Source of the DNA: an uncultured virus (IMG/VR IMGVR_UViG_3300006103_000010)
Taxonomy: Duplodnaviria > Heunggongvirae > Uroviricota > Caudoviricetes
DNA: 64,000 nucleotides
Direction: 5' to 3' (one strand)
IMG/VR virus record: IMGVR_UViG_3300006103_000010
The translations under genes and the position numbers were made by a program. How positions within the stretch are numbered: position 1 is the first letter of the stretch; the number at the start of each line of letters is the position of its first letter. The notes under the pieces were generated by a model that worked only from the letters and a program-made list of their open reading frames with translations, made no database searches and was not told the DNA's origin. Positions 1 through 8,837 of the stretch are shown here, piece after piece.

Positions 1-65
1 TACCATCCTGATGGATGGTGTAGGAGCCACAGACCTGGGGGAGGAGTTAGCCTGTGACCCCTACA

Positions 66-90
66 CCACCCACCCTGTTGGGTGAGTGGG
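66..90 (-). terminator. stem-loop just downstream of the 100-273 gene
   Basis: CCAC-CCACCC TGTT GGGTG-AGTGG inverted repeat; no clear U-tract. Confidence 0.35.
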
Positions 91-99
91 CACTACCCG

Positions 100-273
100 T
101 TATTCGGGCAGTTCATGCACTGGCAGCTCAGCAAGCATCTGCTTGCCGAACTCGTGTGCCTCTGGACAGCTGAAGTCCTCGTGGACTGCATCGTCCAGCA
201 GGTTGCGAAGATGTGCCAGCTCCTCATTGTTATGGAGCAGGATCATCGTCCACTTTCCACCAGAGATTTGCAT
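100..273 (-). CDS. small hypothetical protein (57 aa, MQISGGKW...ELPE); first gene of a divergent leftward unit
   Basis: Below the ORF-track cutoff. On the minus strand a very strong RBS GAAAGGAGGTGA (288-277) lies just upstream of ATG at 273, and the frame is open to TAA at 102-100. Confidence 0.75.
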   Translation of the reverse strand: MQISGGKWTMILLHNNEELAHLRNLLDDAVHEDFSCPEAHEFGKQMLAELPVHELPE

Positions 274-427
274 GTTTCACCTCCTTTCAAGGTTGAGTTG
301 GAGTGCTCAATGTTTTCCCTGACCAACCGCTCCGTCAGGCATTGAGTATTGCAAGCGGTGCGTGCGTGAGCGGCCTCACACAGTTAACCGGTGTACTGCT
401 CCTGCTGAACCTGTTCGAACAGGCAGC

Positions 428-473
428 AAGAACCATCCGCAACGTACAGAAAGAACCATCCGCAACGTACAGA
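428..473. repeat. perfect 2 x 23-bp tandem repeat
   Basis: AAGAACCATCCGCAACGTACAGA at 428-450 and 451-473, in the divergent intergenic region. Confidence 0.95.
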
Positions 474-883
474 GTTTCACGCTGCGTGACTTCCTGACTT
501 GACCAGATTGATGCACCGGTCACCCGCTGGATCCCTCCACCGAGTTTGTTGATTCCACCTGAGCCCGTGGGGAGATCCCCGTACAAGTTCAAAACCCTCG
601 CGGGCCTTAAACTCACGGACTCATCTAAGGCTTAAAAACGGGACAGGGGCCGGGGGGTTTTCTGAACTACAGTGTTCTTAATGGGGGGGGGTAATGTTAA
701 ACCTGTCGCACATTAAACGGCCTAATGACAACCGCTTTTAACCATATATGGGACCCAGATCTGAGGAAAAGATGCTCTGAAAAAAACGGGCGGGGGGCCC
801 TGGCCATTTTCTGAAAGGTTGGGGTTTTAAAGGTTCTAGTAGAGCGCACTAGGGATTGTAAGTGCCGATTTCTAAGGAACGCT

Positions 884-1237
884 ATGAGCTGGATACCTGA
901 CATGTGGCGGAAGACCGCCAGGCCTGAAATAAACTTTAATATCGGCGGTGAGCCGGAAGAGCCTGAGGACATGAGCCATCAGGACTTTTACACGGCTTGG
1001 GGTTACCACCCAGTAACAGCAGCAGAAATGCAAGAACAAATGCTACGCCACATCCAACAAGCTATTCAGCACCAGCGCACACTGAATGCAATAGGCCACA
1101 CACTGAAACAAATAGACAATTTGCCAGTGGCTACCACAGAAGAGCTGCAGGCCGCCTATCCCCATGCTCGCACCGACAAACTGGGCAGCCGTTGGAGCTC
1201 ACGCTACACCAGTGAGAGCCAGATCACTAACCCGTAG
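884..1237 (+). CDS. hypothetical protein, N-terminal WRKTA motif
   Basis: 117-aa ORF with AAGGA RBS; first gene of the + strand arm. Confidence 0.65.
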   Translation: MSWIPDMWRKTARPEINFNIGGEPEEPEDMSHQDFYTAWGYHPVTAAEMQEQMLRHIQQAIQHQRTLNAIGHTLKQIDNLPVATTEELQAAYPHARTDKLGSRWSSRYTSESQITNP

Positions 1238-1340
1238 GGGTTTTACCCCAACAACAGGGAGTGTTGACAGTTCGGCGCAAGGTTCAGGCGAACAGCGCAC
1301 CCTGTGGAAATTTTTTTCACGGCCCCGTGGGCCTATGGGC

Positions 1341-1367
1341 TGTAAAAAGCTGCTGTAATTGCACAAG
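1341..1367 (+). promoter_or_regulatory. candidate phage late promoter (TGTAAAA-N15-ACAAG)
   Basis: One of six copies of a bipartite motif with constant 15-nt spacing, found upstream of gene starts. Confidence 0.5.
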
Positions 1368-1399
1368 TTATTAGGAGTATAACGCACGACAGGTACCTG

Positions 1400-2854
1400 A
1401 TGACAAAGTTTAATAGCAAAACAGCTCTATCCACTGGCAGCAGGTTTAACAGCCGTCTGGCCAGTGACCTGGAGAGTTTTACTCGTAAAGATCTGGACGA
1501 TAACGTTAACGGCGTTCAGCTGTTGCAGTCTCCCACCGGTCAATTTGGACTGCGTGGTAACCCCTATAATCCCGGTGACCTGATCACTCAGATCCCCAGA
1601 ATGATTGCCACAGAGCATCAGGACCATCTGCACCAGACCGGTCAGGCTCCAGATGAAGAAGCGGTCAAGTATCTGGGATTTACCGGTGAACGAGACCCCG
1701 ACACCGGCAAGCATGCTTTTGATGTGAACAAGGGTCTGCTGGTACACCTGCCAGCACTACACGAGTATCTTACCCAGCCTTTCCGCCACCGTGACCGAAC
1801 CGATGAACACGGTCAATCCATCCCGTTTGGCGCTCAGGACGCCAGTGTAGCACACTGGTTCAGAAACCCACAACTCTGGATTGGCAGGCACCCAGAGCAC
1901 AATTTTGATATGAGTGCCGGTTCATACCGTCATCCCGGCGACACCAGTGTGGAATCGGCATTCATGAGCCGCCTGCTTGACCCAGAAGAGCACATCTCCA
2001 TGATGCATCACTACCATATTGATGCCCTGATGAGAGAGATCGCCAGTAGTAATATTACCCCCAGCACCATTGGCAGACGCTACCACTCCGCCAGCAGTGC
2101 ACTCAGTCACTTCTTTGAGCCCAAGCCGGTGTTCCAAAGTGGACAGCATGTTGGCTGGGAGCCTCACAACGCCAGCAGTGAAGACCCTTTTATGCGTAAC
2201 AGTGTTCCGCTGCACTATGCAGTAGAAAGAACCCTGGCAAATATCTATGAAGCACACGACCCCAGTGTGCACCCTAGCAGAGTTACCAGCAACTTGATGC
2301 TGGATGACCGACGAACCAACCCACAGATACACGCCGGGCAGCATGCATGGGACCAACAGTTGTGCAGCTGGGCACCCACTGCAAAGATTGTTGTTGATGC
2401 ATCACCCATCAACATGATAGCACACCAGGGTGATCCCTATTTTATGGCTCGTGACTACCAGCATGTTATGTCTGCAGCCAACAGTTCCAATGAAAACATC
2501 AGAAATCTGGTGAGAAAATACTACGGATCCAACCCAGCGGGCGTTGATGACATTAAATTTGATGATGTAGCCGACAGAAGTCGCCTGGCTATTGGTAAAT
2601 TTGCCTGGGCTCCCTCTTCAGCTCACCCTCATGGTGCTAATCAGGCGGCAATTGCTGATGCAAAACGGCAGTTTATCATCATGTCTGGCAATAATACCCG
2701 TTCAACCAAGCTGTTGTTGCCGTTTGAACAGGATCTTGACAGCAGTACCAGGGAAAGAATCATGCGGATCTGGAAATCCAGTGGTGAAAGACTGGTCAGA
2801 CCACCAGGAGCAAGGAATGAAGACGTACCTGCAGTCAAGGACTACCCGTTCTAG
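1400..2854 (+). CDS. His-rich hypothetical protein, putative internal head protein
   Basis: 484-aa ORF; begins with two tandem tag motifs, FNSKTA and FNSRLA. Confidence 0.8.
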   Translation: MTKFNSKTALSTGSRFNSRLASDLESFTRKDLDDNVNGVQLLQSPTGQFGLRGNPYNPGDLITQIPRMIATEHQDHLHQTGQAPDEEAVKYLGFTGERDPDTGKHAFDVNKGLLVHLPALHEYLTQPFRHRDRTDEHGQSIPFGAQDASVAHWFRNPQLWIGRHPEHNFDMSAGSYRHPGDTSVESAFMSRLLDPEEHISMMHHYHIDALMREIASSNITPSTIGRRYHSASSALSHFFEPKPVFQSGQHVGWEPHNASSEDPFMRNSVPLHYAVERTLANIYEAHDPSVHPSRVTSNLMLDDRRTNPQIHAGQHAWDQQLCSWAPTAKIVVDASPINMIAHQGDPYFMARDYQHVMSAANSSNENIRNLVRKYYGSNPAGVDDIKFDDVADRSRLAIGKFAWAPSSAHPHGANQAAIADAKRQFIIMSGNNTRSTKLLLPFEQDLDSSTRERIMRIWKSSGERLVRPPGARNEDVPAVKDYPF

Positions 2855-2898
2855 ACTGAGAACTACGGAATAATTCACATTTCGTTAACAAAATGAGC

Positions 2899-2928
2899 TT
2901 GACAGACGAAAAAATCTGCTTATATTAT
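2899..2928 (+). promoter_or_regulatory. SigA/sigma70-type promoter
   Basis: TTGACA (2899-2904), then TATATT at 16 nt or TATTAT at 18 nt, in an AT-rich gap before ORF 2947. Confidence 0.65.
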
Positions 2929-2946
2929 TAAACATTAAGGATAATC

Positions 2947-3477
2947 ATGCAAAACAAGTGTGATTGCAGCTGTAAAACCGATAAAAACTGCAAAAAATCA
3001 GAAAAAATTGATGTTATCCCTGGGTTTAAGCAGGATTCTGCCCAAAAACCGGCTGAGACCACTCCTGCTCACGATCAAAAAGAGACTCACAGCTATACAG
3101 CTCACTTTCCAGAGCATGAACCACGAGAAGGAGACCCAAACTATGTCGACTTTAATGCTTATCGCAGAAAAACTCATGCGACCGCTCAGTGTGCCGTTGG
3201 CCTTCATCATAATGACTTTTCTGAGTGCGCTCTTGACCGGCCACTCGAGCTTCATCACGCTCATATAGAGTTCGCACTCCAGAATGGAGTGGATCTCAAG
3301 TGGTTGGAAGCCGATTATCCCGGTGTGAGTGACCCCGATAGCGTTGGCAAGTGGGTAGAGAGTGCCCAAAACCTGGTCTGGCTGTGTTTCTTTCATCACC
3401 GTGGACATGGTGGTGTGCATGTTGCCAGTGCCAGCGACTATGAAGCAGAAAAATACGTTAGAAAGTTCATCTCATGA
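2947..3477 (+). CDS. HNH-like His/Cys-rich protein
   Basis: LELHHAHIE ... NLVWLCFFHH..H pattern resembles the HNH (beta-beta-alpha-Me) fold. Confidence 0.55.
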   Translation: MQNKCDCSCKTDKNCKKSEKIDVIPGFKQDSAQKPAETTPAHDQKETHSYTAHFPEHEPREGDPNYVDFNAYRRKTHATAQCAVGLHHNDFSECALDRPLELHHAHIEFALQNGVDLKWLEADYPGVSDPDSVGKWVESAQNLVWLCFFHHRGHGGVHVASASDYEAEKYVRKFIS

Positions 3478-3659
3478 ATTGGAATCAGCGTTATGCTGCT
3501 ACAGCAGAAGACTTGCAAGAAAAGATTCGTGGATTTATGTCAAATAATCCCAACTCTGAACGAGCAGTTAAAAATAATCCTGTTGCCAGAAGATGCAAAA
3601 GTTGTGACACTCTTGTAGCAGCTAATGAACTTACCGATTATGGCTGTTTGAACTGTTAG
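3474..3659 (+). CDS. small Zn-ribbon protein with MNWNQRYA leader
   Basis: ATGA overlap with the previous gene; CKSC...CLNC. Confidence 0.75.
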   Translation: MNWNQRYAATAEDLQEKIRGFMSNNPNSERAVKNNPVARRCKSCDTLVAANELTDYGCLNC

Positions 3660-3669
3660 GTTGAATGCG

Positions 3670-4005
3670 ATGAACTGGAATCACAGATACGCCAGCGAAG
3701 ATGATGATCGTACCACTCGTGGTCATAATTATCATATACAACAGCATGGCCAATCAATTGGTAGAAATGTAGTAGCTCTTCAGAATCTAGAGCCAGGACA
3801 TCCGCTGCATGACCTAGCATCGCTGGCAGAGCAAGCACATGGACAAGCTATCAATGCTCATGGATTAGCAGTAACTGCTCATGATACAGATAACCCTAGA
3901 GCTTTAATATACAGTGCCAGAGCTATAGCACTATCAGAGGCAGCTGACAGATTACAGGACAGCATAGAAATGATGCATCCTGAACACTATATAAAAGTTA
4001 GGTAA
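3670..4005 (+). CDS. His-rich hypothetical protein with MNWNHRYA leader
   Basis: In frame with ORF 3661-4005; ATG at 3670 aligns with the leaders of the neighbouring genes. Confidence 0.75.
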   Translation: MNWNHRYASEDDDRTTRGHNYHIQQHGQSIGRNVVALQNLEPGHPLHDLASLAEQAHGQAINAHGLAVTAHDTDNPRALIYSARAIALSEAADRLQDSIEMMHPEHYIKVR

Positions 4006-4010
4006 CAATT

Positions 4011-4199
4011 ATGAACTGGAACTCTCGATACGCTGGTGAACGCAGGCGTTGTCAACACTGTGGCAATCTAGAACTGCAGTGCAAGTGCGCTGACCCTACA
4101 ACCAGAGAGAACGCTGAGGCAGAAGCTGATGTCAAGTCAGCGATCCGCCCCAGCTCAACTCATGAATATATCAATGGCATCAATGGTTTGATAATATGA
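4011..4199 (+). CDS. small Cys protein with MNWNSRYA leader
   Basis: CQHC...CKC; AGGT RBS; ATGA overlap with the next gene. Confidence 0.7.
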   Translation: MNWNSRYAGERRRCQHCGNLELQCKCADPTTRENAEAEADVKSAIRPSSTHEYINGINGLII

Positions 4200-4615
4200 A
4201 CTGGAACACACGCTATGCCAGCTCTAATGTGAAAAAGCGTGTGCTTGACCAGCTTACTGATGATTTCCCAAAAGAAGACCTGGACTGGATCAAAAAAGCT
4301 GACTGGTCTGGGCCAGTTGAAGTGGATCTTGCAGATATCGATCAGCATAACAGGCATGAATGGGCAGCCAGTCATGAACCTGACCGTGTAAAGGCACGCA
4401 AGAAGCGCATCAAGAAGGGGAAGGTAATACCAATAGTATTGGTTAAGACTCCCAAGAATAAAAAGTATATTATTATTGATGGACATCATAGGTTTATAGC
4501 TTATGAGCAGCTAGAACGCAAACCCATCTGCTGGATAGGCAAAGTTGATCGAGAAACTGGGCCGTGGGATACTTTTCACAACCAACAAGATAAAAAAGAG
4601 GCTGAAGACAGATGA
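4196..4615 (+). CDS. ParB/Sulfiredoxin N-terminal-domain protein with MNWNTRYA leader
   Basis: PIVLV...YIIIDGHHRFIAY is the ParB/Srx motif (DGHHR). Confidence 0.8.
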   Translation: MNWNTRYASSNVKKRVLDQLTDDFPKEDLDWIKKADWSGPVEVDLADIDQHNRHEWAASHEPDRVKARKKRIKKGKVIPIVLVKTPKNKKYIIIDGHHRFIAYEQLERKPICWIGKVDRETGPWDTFHNQQDKKEAEDR

Positions 4616-5340
4616 CTGACAGGATTCCTGGTAAATTAGGTAAACTGGGTCCGGTTCGCCCGGATGGTCTGCACATGCTGGCCTTCTATCAGACGAATCC
4701 TCTCCCTGTTGCTCCTGAAAGTGTTGCTGTACCAAATGTAAGTGACTGGCGCATTCTTGCAAATGACAAATATGGTGACTGCACCTTTGCTGGTATCGTT
4801 CATGCCAGGATGGCTAACAGTGCAGTACTGGGTATTACGGAAAACTGGCCAACAGATGATGAAATAGTGCAGGCATACCTTGCTTACACCAATGGTCAGG
4901 ATTCTGGGGCTGTTGAGGTAGATCTGCTCAAATACTGGCAACAAAATGAGCTTTTTGGTAGTAAATTGGCTGCTTTTGCCCCAACTGACCACGCTGACCT
5001 GGATGAACTCAAAAGTGTGATTGCCAGCTATGGTTTTGCATATATTGGCGTTCAACTGCCTGTAACTTATCAGCAACAGTTCATTAACAACCAACCCTGG
5101 GCTCTAACCGGCACTCCTGCCGATCAACAGATCGAAGGAGGCCATTGCGTGATCCTTGCTGGCTACGATGCCAACTATGCCTACTGTATTTCTTGGGGTA
5201 GGGTGCAACCAATAGCCTGGGACTGGCTAAAAATCTATATGGAAGAGAGCTGGGCTCTTATAACTCCAGAACTTGTAACTGCTGGAAGCTATGGTCAGAT
5301 GCGTATTGCTGACCTATACACAGATCTGGAGAAACTCTAA
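4612..5340 (+). CDS. papain-like (peptidase C1-like) cysteine protease
   Basis: GDCTFAG (catalytic Cys), GGHCVILAGYD (catalytic His) and SWG motifs. Confidence 0.8.
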   Translation: MTDRIPGKLGKLGPVRPDGLHMLAFYQTNPLPVAPESVAVPNVSDWRILANDKYGDCTFAGIVHARMANSAVLGITENWPTDDEIVQAYLAYTNGQDSGAVEVDLLKYWQQNELFGSKLAAFAPTDHADLDELKSVIASYGFAYIGVQLPVTYQQQFINNQPWALTGTPADQQIEGGHCVILAGYDANYAYCISWGRVQPIAWDWLKIYMEESWALITPELVTAGSYGQMRIADLYTDLEKL

Positions 5341-6524
5341 TGCCAATACCACAGAGAACAGAAGAGTTACTCAAAGAGGCAGGATTCTGGGGAGATGCCT
5401 GGAATGCAGTTAGTGGTGTTGGCAAAGGCATTGTCCAGGGCGTTGAAGGTGCTGGCAAGGTCGTAGGTGATCTTGCTACCGGTAATATTGGTGCTGCTGA
5501 GAGAGCAGGCAGGTCAACATTTAACTCAGTAGGTAAAGATCTGGGACAAGCTGCTCAAGCTGCTGGTAAAGCCGGTCAAGAAGGCTTGCACGATGTTGGC
5601 CAGGCTGCCAAAGCCACTGGCAACTTTGTAAAGAATCACGCCGGTGAAATAGCGCTTGGAGCAGGGCTACTAGCACTAAATGCCATCCCAGGAGTGGGTG
5701 AGGTTGCTGACGCTGCCCTCTTGGCTGATACTGCTGCTACAGCGGCAGAAGCTACAACTGTTGGGGCTGAAGCAGCTGCCGCAGGAGCTGAAGGAGCAGC
5801 CGCAGGAGCTGAAGGAGCTGCTGGAGCTGCTGAAAGTGCAGCAGGTGCAGGAGAAAGCGTTGGTGGCAAAGCTTTAACCGATGCTGCAACAAAAGGCTTA
5901 GAAGATGCTGCAGGAACTCCTCTAAAAAGCTCTTTGGAAAAAGGCTTAGAACGAGCAGGCACAATGACAGAAGATAGTTCTAGTGCTGCTAGTGATACCG
6001 CTAGTGCCACTAGTAAGGGTACCAGCCTGATGGATAAAGCAAAAAGCTTTATGAAAGGTGTTGGTAAATCCAGTGAAGAAGCATCAAAACCTGCTACAGG
6101 AGACAGTGGGCTCGTAGGCGCAGACGGTAGTCCAATATCATCTACTGCTACTGAAGCTGCTACTGAAGATACCCAAAGCATGCTAAGCAAAGGTTTGGAT
6201 ATGGCTAAGGGTGTAGCAAAAGCCACTGTACCTGCTGCTGCTGCTGGCCAAATGATGCAGCCAGACACTTCGCAGATGCAGACAACATTAGATAATATAC
6301 AAAATGCTGTAACACCACAACCACAGAGCACAATACCTGTACAACCGTTAAGACAGATTGATCTTAACCCAACAGGACCTGCTCAAGGTATTCCTGGTGT
6401 AGCTGCCACACCAACTCAACAGGCTAATCCACTGGTCATCACTGGTAATAAAATAATGGATCTTGTAGAGGAATTTGGACTGTATCCAGAAGATATCAAG
6501 CGTAGTTTAACAACATGGGTATAA
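5340..6524 (+). CDS. Ala/Gly-rich protein with amphipathic N-terminus and hydrophobic segment; putative ejection or membrane-active protein
   Basis: LLKEA|GFWGDAWNAVSGVGKGIV, IALGAGLLALNAIPGVGEVADA and AEGAAAG repeats. Confidence 0.6.
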   Translation: MPIPQRTEELLKEAGFWGDAWNAVSGVGKGIVQGVEGAGKVVGDLATGNIGAAERAGRSTFNSVGKDLGQAAQAAGKAGQEGLHDVGQAAKATGNFVKNHAGEIALGAGLLALNAIPGVGEVADAALLADTAATAAEATTVGAEAAAAGAEGAAAGAEGAAGAAESAAGAGESVGGKALTDAATKGLEDAAGTPLKSSLEKGLERAGTMTEDSSSAASDTASATSKGTSLMDKAKSFMKGVGKSSEEASKPATGDSGLVGADGSPISSTATEAATEDTQSMLSKGLDMAKGVAKATVPAAAAGQMMQPDTSQMQTTLDNIQNAVTPQPQSTIPVQPLRQIDLNPTGPAQGIPGVAATPTQQANPLVITGNKIMDLVEEFGLYPEDIKRSLTTWV

Positions 6525-6556
6525 CTAAAAACCATTACGAGTCGCATGAGATACTG

Positions 6557-7408
6557 ATGAGATACGCTACTGAAACAGGAACTGGCAACCATGGAATGGA
6601 TGCCGATCTGGATGCCACCGAAGAGGATCTGCTTCCAGGCAGTTCACGAGTTCCTGCTAAAACACTGCTAGCTAATATATCTACTCAAGATGGTAATCCC
6701 ACAGAAGTAACTGCACCAACTGGTATATCAACTATAGATGTTACAAAAGAACCTGGTGTTGTAAATAATGAAGGCCTAAGTAGTGTTAGCCCTGGGTCAC
6801 TATCTCCAATAATAAATGAAGGAAAAAAAATGAGCTTGTCTGCAAGAATTGCATACGTCATGGAGAACGGTCAACCATTTTGCAACCGTTGTGAAGACTA
6901 CTACCTGCCAACCAGCATTGGTAAGATAGCCTGCACCCGATGTGGTGACCTTGAGCATGTAGAAGGACCAACAGTGTCAGATGAAGATGCTGGCAAGGAT
7001 ATTATCAAGACCACTCACACAGCTGCGGTAGAATTAAACACAACTGATGATTACATCAATCTTTTCAATACAAAAATAGCTACAGACAGTGATAACTATT
7101 ACCGTGGGTATAATGATGCCATGAACGGACAAGAACTGGACGAAGACCTGGCACTGCTTAGTGATGATTACTATAACGGTTATGAGCAGTACAAGTTTTA
7201 TAACAAACCAGCTCAACAGAGCAGCGGACAAAAGTTATATGACATCAAGCCCAACAGCAATCTAATTCCTCGAAACTGGGATAACGTTCTTACTCCAGAG
7301 CGTGCCGATGCAGGGCCACTACAACTTACTGATGGTATTGGCAGAGCAGCAGTGGCTGGCAAGTTGCCTTTCCCAGTTGATGTAGTTGAAAAATTCTTTG
7401 AGGTATAA
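6557..7408 (+). CDS. hypothetical Zn-ribbon protein with YxxGY repeats
   Basis: In frame with ORF 6515; probable start MRYA at 6557; CNRC/CTRC pair; YYRGYNDA and YYNGYEQY. Confidence 0.7.
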   Translation: MRYATETGTGNHGMDADLDATEEDLLPGSSRVPAKTLLANISTQDGNPTEVTAPTGISTIDVTKEPGVVNNEGLSSVSPGSLSPIINEGKKMSLSARIAYVMENGQPFCNRCEDYYLPTSIGKIACTRCGDLEHVEGPTVSDEDAGKDIIKTTHTAAVELNTTDDYINLFNTKIATDSDNYYRGYNDAMNGQELDEDLALLSDDYYNGYEQYKFYNKPAQQSSGQKLYDIKPNSNLIPRNWDNVLTPERADAGPLQLTDGIGRAAVAGKLPFPVDVVEKFFEV

Positions 7409-7410
7409 TA

Positions 7411-8100
7411 ATGAGTAATTGTCCTGTCTGTGATGATGGCAATCTGATTACAAAGATCAGTAGCGCTGGCGAAGAAACTTTCTGTGAAAAGTGTCGTCGT
7501 ATCATTATTAGTGCTACTCTTGGCTTTAAATTTGCTGCTGGTGGTGATGAAGGCGTAGAAGAGTGCAAGGGTCCAGATACAGACCCACGTCCAGGCTACA
7601 AAGGCCCTGGAGCACGTGCTAAGTGTCATCTTTATGACCCAGGTGATGATAAGCAAAAAGATACTGCTTATCAGAGAGCAAAAAATTCTGCCTACAGCTC
7701 ACAGCACCGCAAGGGAGCATCAAAGATAATCAATGCCACCAGTGGCTTTACTCTGAATGATCCTGGATATAATTTGATTGGTCAGCCCAGAGAAGGCACT
7801 GGTTCACCAGCCACACTCCAGAGTGGATCTGGAGGGCCAACGCAGGCAGCAGAGCATGGCTCCATGAACAGAAAAGAAAGCCCTGTTGAAGCTACAGCCC
7901 CTGGTGGAGTACAACCCAACAGCAACCAGAATGCTAACTCGCTGGGTAGTGGCACAACAGCTGGCAAGTCAGTACTAGCACTGCTTCAAGAACTTGATCC
8001 AAACAGTCGTGAACTCGGTGACTATATGGGTGAACCACTCTGCACTATTTGTGATTCACGGCATCATGGCCCATGTAAAACATCAACCAAACCGTATTAG
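7411..8100 (+). CDS. hypothetical Zn-finger protein
   Basis: CPVC/CEKC, FKFAA motif, C-terminal CTIC..HH.C; GAGGT RBS. Confidence 0.75.
   Translation: MSNCPVCDDGNLITKISSAGEETFCEKCRRIIISATLGFKFAAGGDEGVEECKGPDTDPRPGYKGPGARAKCHLYDPGDDKQKDTAYQRAKNSAYSSQHRKGASKIINATSGFTLNDPGYNLIGQPREGTGSPATLQSGSGGPTQAAEHGSMNRKESPVEATAPGGVQPNSNQNANSLGSGTTAGKSVLALLQELDPNSRELGDYMGEPLCTICDSRHHGPCKTSTKPY
8074..8100 (+). promoter_or_regulatory. candidate late promoter (TGTAAAA-N15-ATTAG)
   Basis: Motif copy ending 25 nt before ATG 8126. Confidence 0.5.
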
Positions 8101-8125
8101 TAACTAGTAACAGAAAGAATGTACT

Positions 8126-8836
8126 ATGACATACGAGAGCTTTGAATCACAAATAAGAACAGCTGCATCGAACACCTCATGGTTCAATGGCACATCAGAA
8201 AGCATCTTTAACAGGCTAGACCTGTTGGAAGAGCTGTTGGGCAAGGCACGCACTGCTGCAAGCAACCCAAATGTTAATGACGGTGACCTAGAACGTTTTG
8301 CTAGCACAATCACTGAGTTGGCCACAGAAAAAGAGCAGTTGGAAAAGCTGGCTAGTGAATATGTTGATTTTGATGTTGAAGACTATCTGAACAGCTTGCC
8401 AGGTGGGACAGTTGCTAAAGAGTACAGGCTTAGCAGTGCTGGTACATACGACATTGGTGAAGATGATGGTAGTCTGTTGTTCAAAACAGCATCCGCTGTT
8501 CAGTCTGAGTACGATGACGCTGACTGGATTAACTTTGTAACAGCTGGTGCTGAGCTATGGACTGAGGATCAGTCGCATCACCTGTTGGACAGCCAGTTAA
8601 ATACCAGAGAAGCAGCTGTTTTCTATGTAGAAAAGAAAACCCTTCCCATCCTGGATGTAACCAAGCGTGCTGCCATCATTGATAACTTTGTTGACAATGT
8701 AGAGATCTGTCGTCGCACAAAAGTAGCTGGGAACAGCTTTCGTTCAGCAAAAACCGCTAGTGCTAGCAAGCTCAAGACAAGTTTTATAGACGATGCCCTT
8801 GAAGACTCGTTTGGGGACAGTGTAAACTGGTTCTGA
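8126..8836 (+). CDS. putative head-assembly (scaffold-like) protein
   Basis: Coiled coil and several K/R-T-A sites (IRTAA, ARTAA, FKTAS, AKTAS). Confidence 0.6.
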   Translation: MTYESFESQIRTAASNTSWFNGTSESIFNRLDLLEELLGKARTAASNPNVNDGDLERFASTITELATEKEQLEKLASEYVDFDVEDYLNSLPGGTVAKEYRLSSAGTYDIGEDDGSLLFKTASAVQSEYDDADWINFVTAGAELWTEDQSHHLLDSQLNTREAAVFYVEKKTLPILDVTKRAAIIDNFVDNVEICRRTKVAGNSFRSAKTASASKLKTSFIDDALEDSFGDSVNWF

Positions 8837-8837
8837 T

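Noticed and set aside
428..473. Repeats as a CRISPR array
   Set aside because: Two abutting copies with no spacer and no cas genes; the other repeats in the window are in-frame coding repeats.
82..497. Plus-strand ORFs 82-345, 86-322 and 303-497
   Set aside because: They lack RBSs; the strong RBS and coherent ORF are on the minus strand (273-100).
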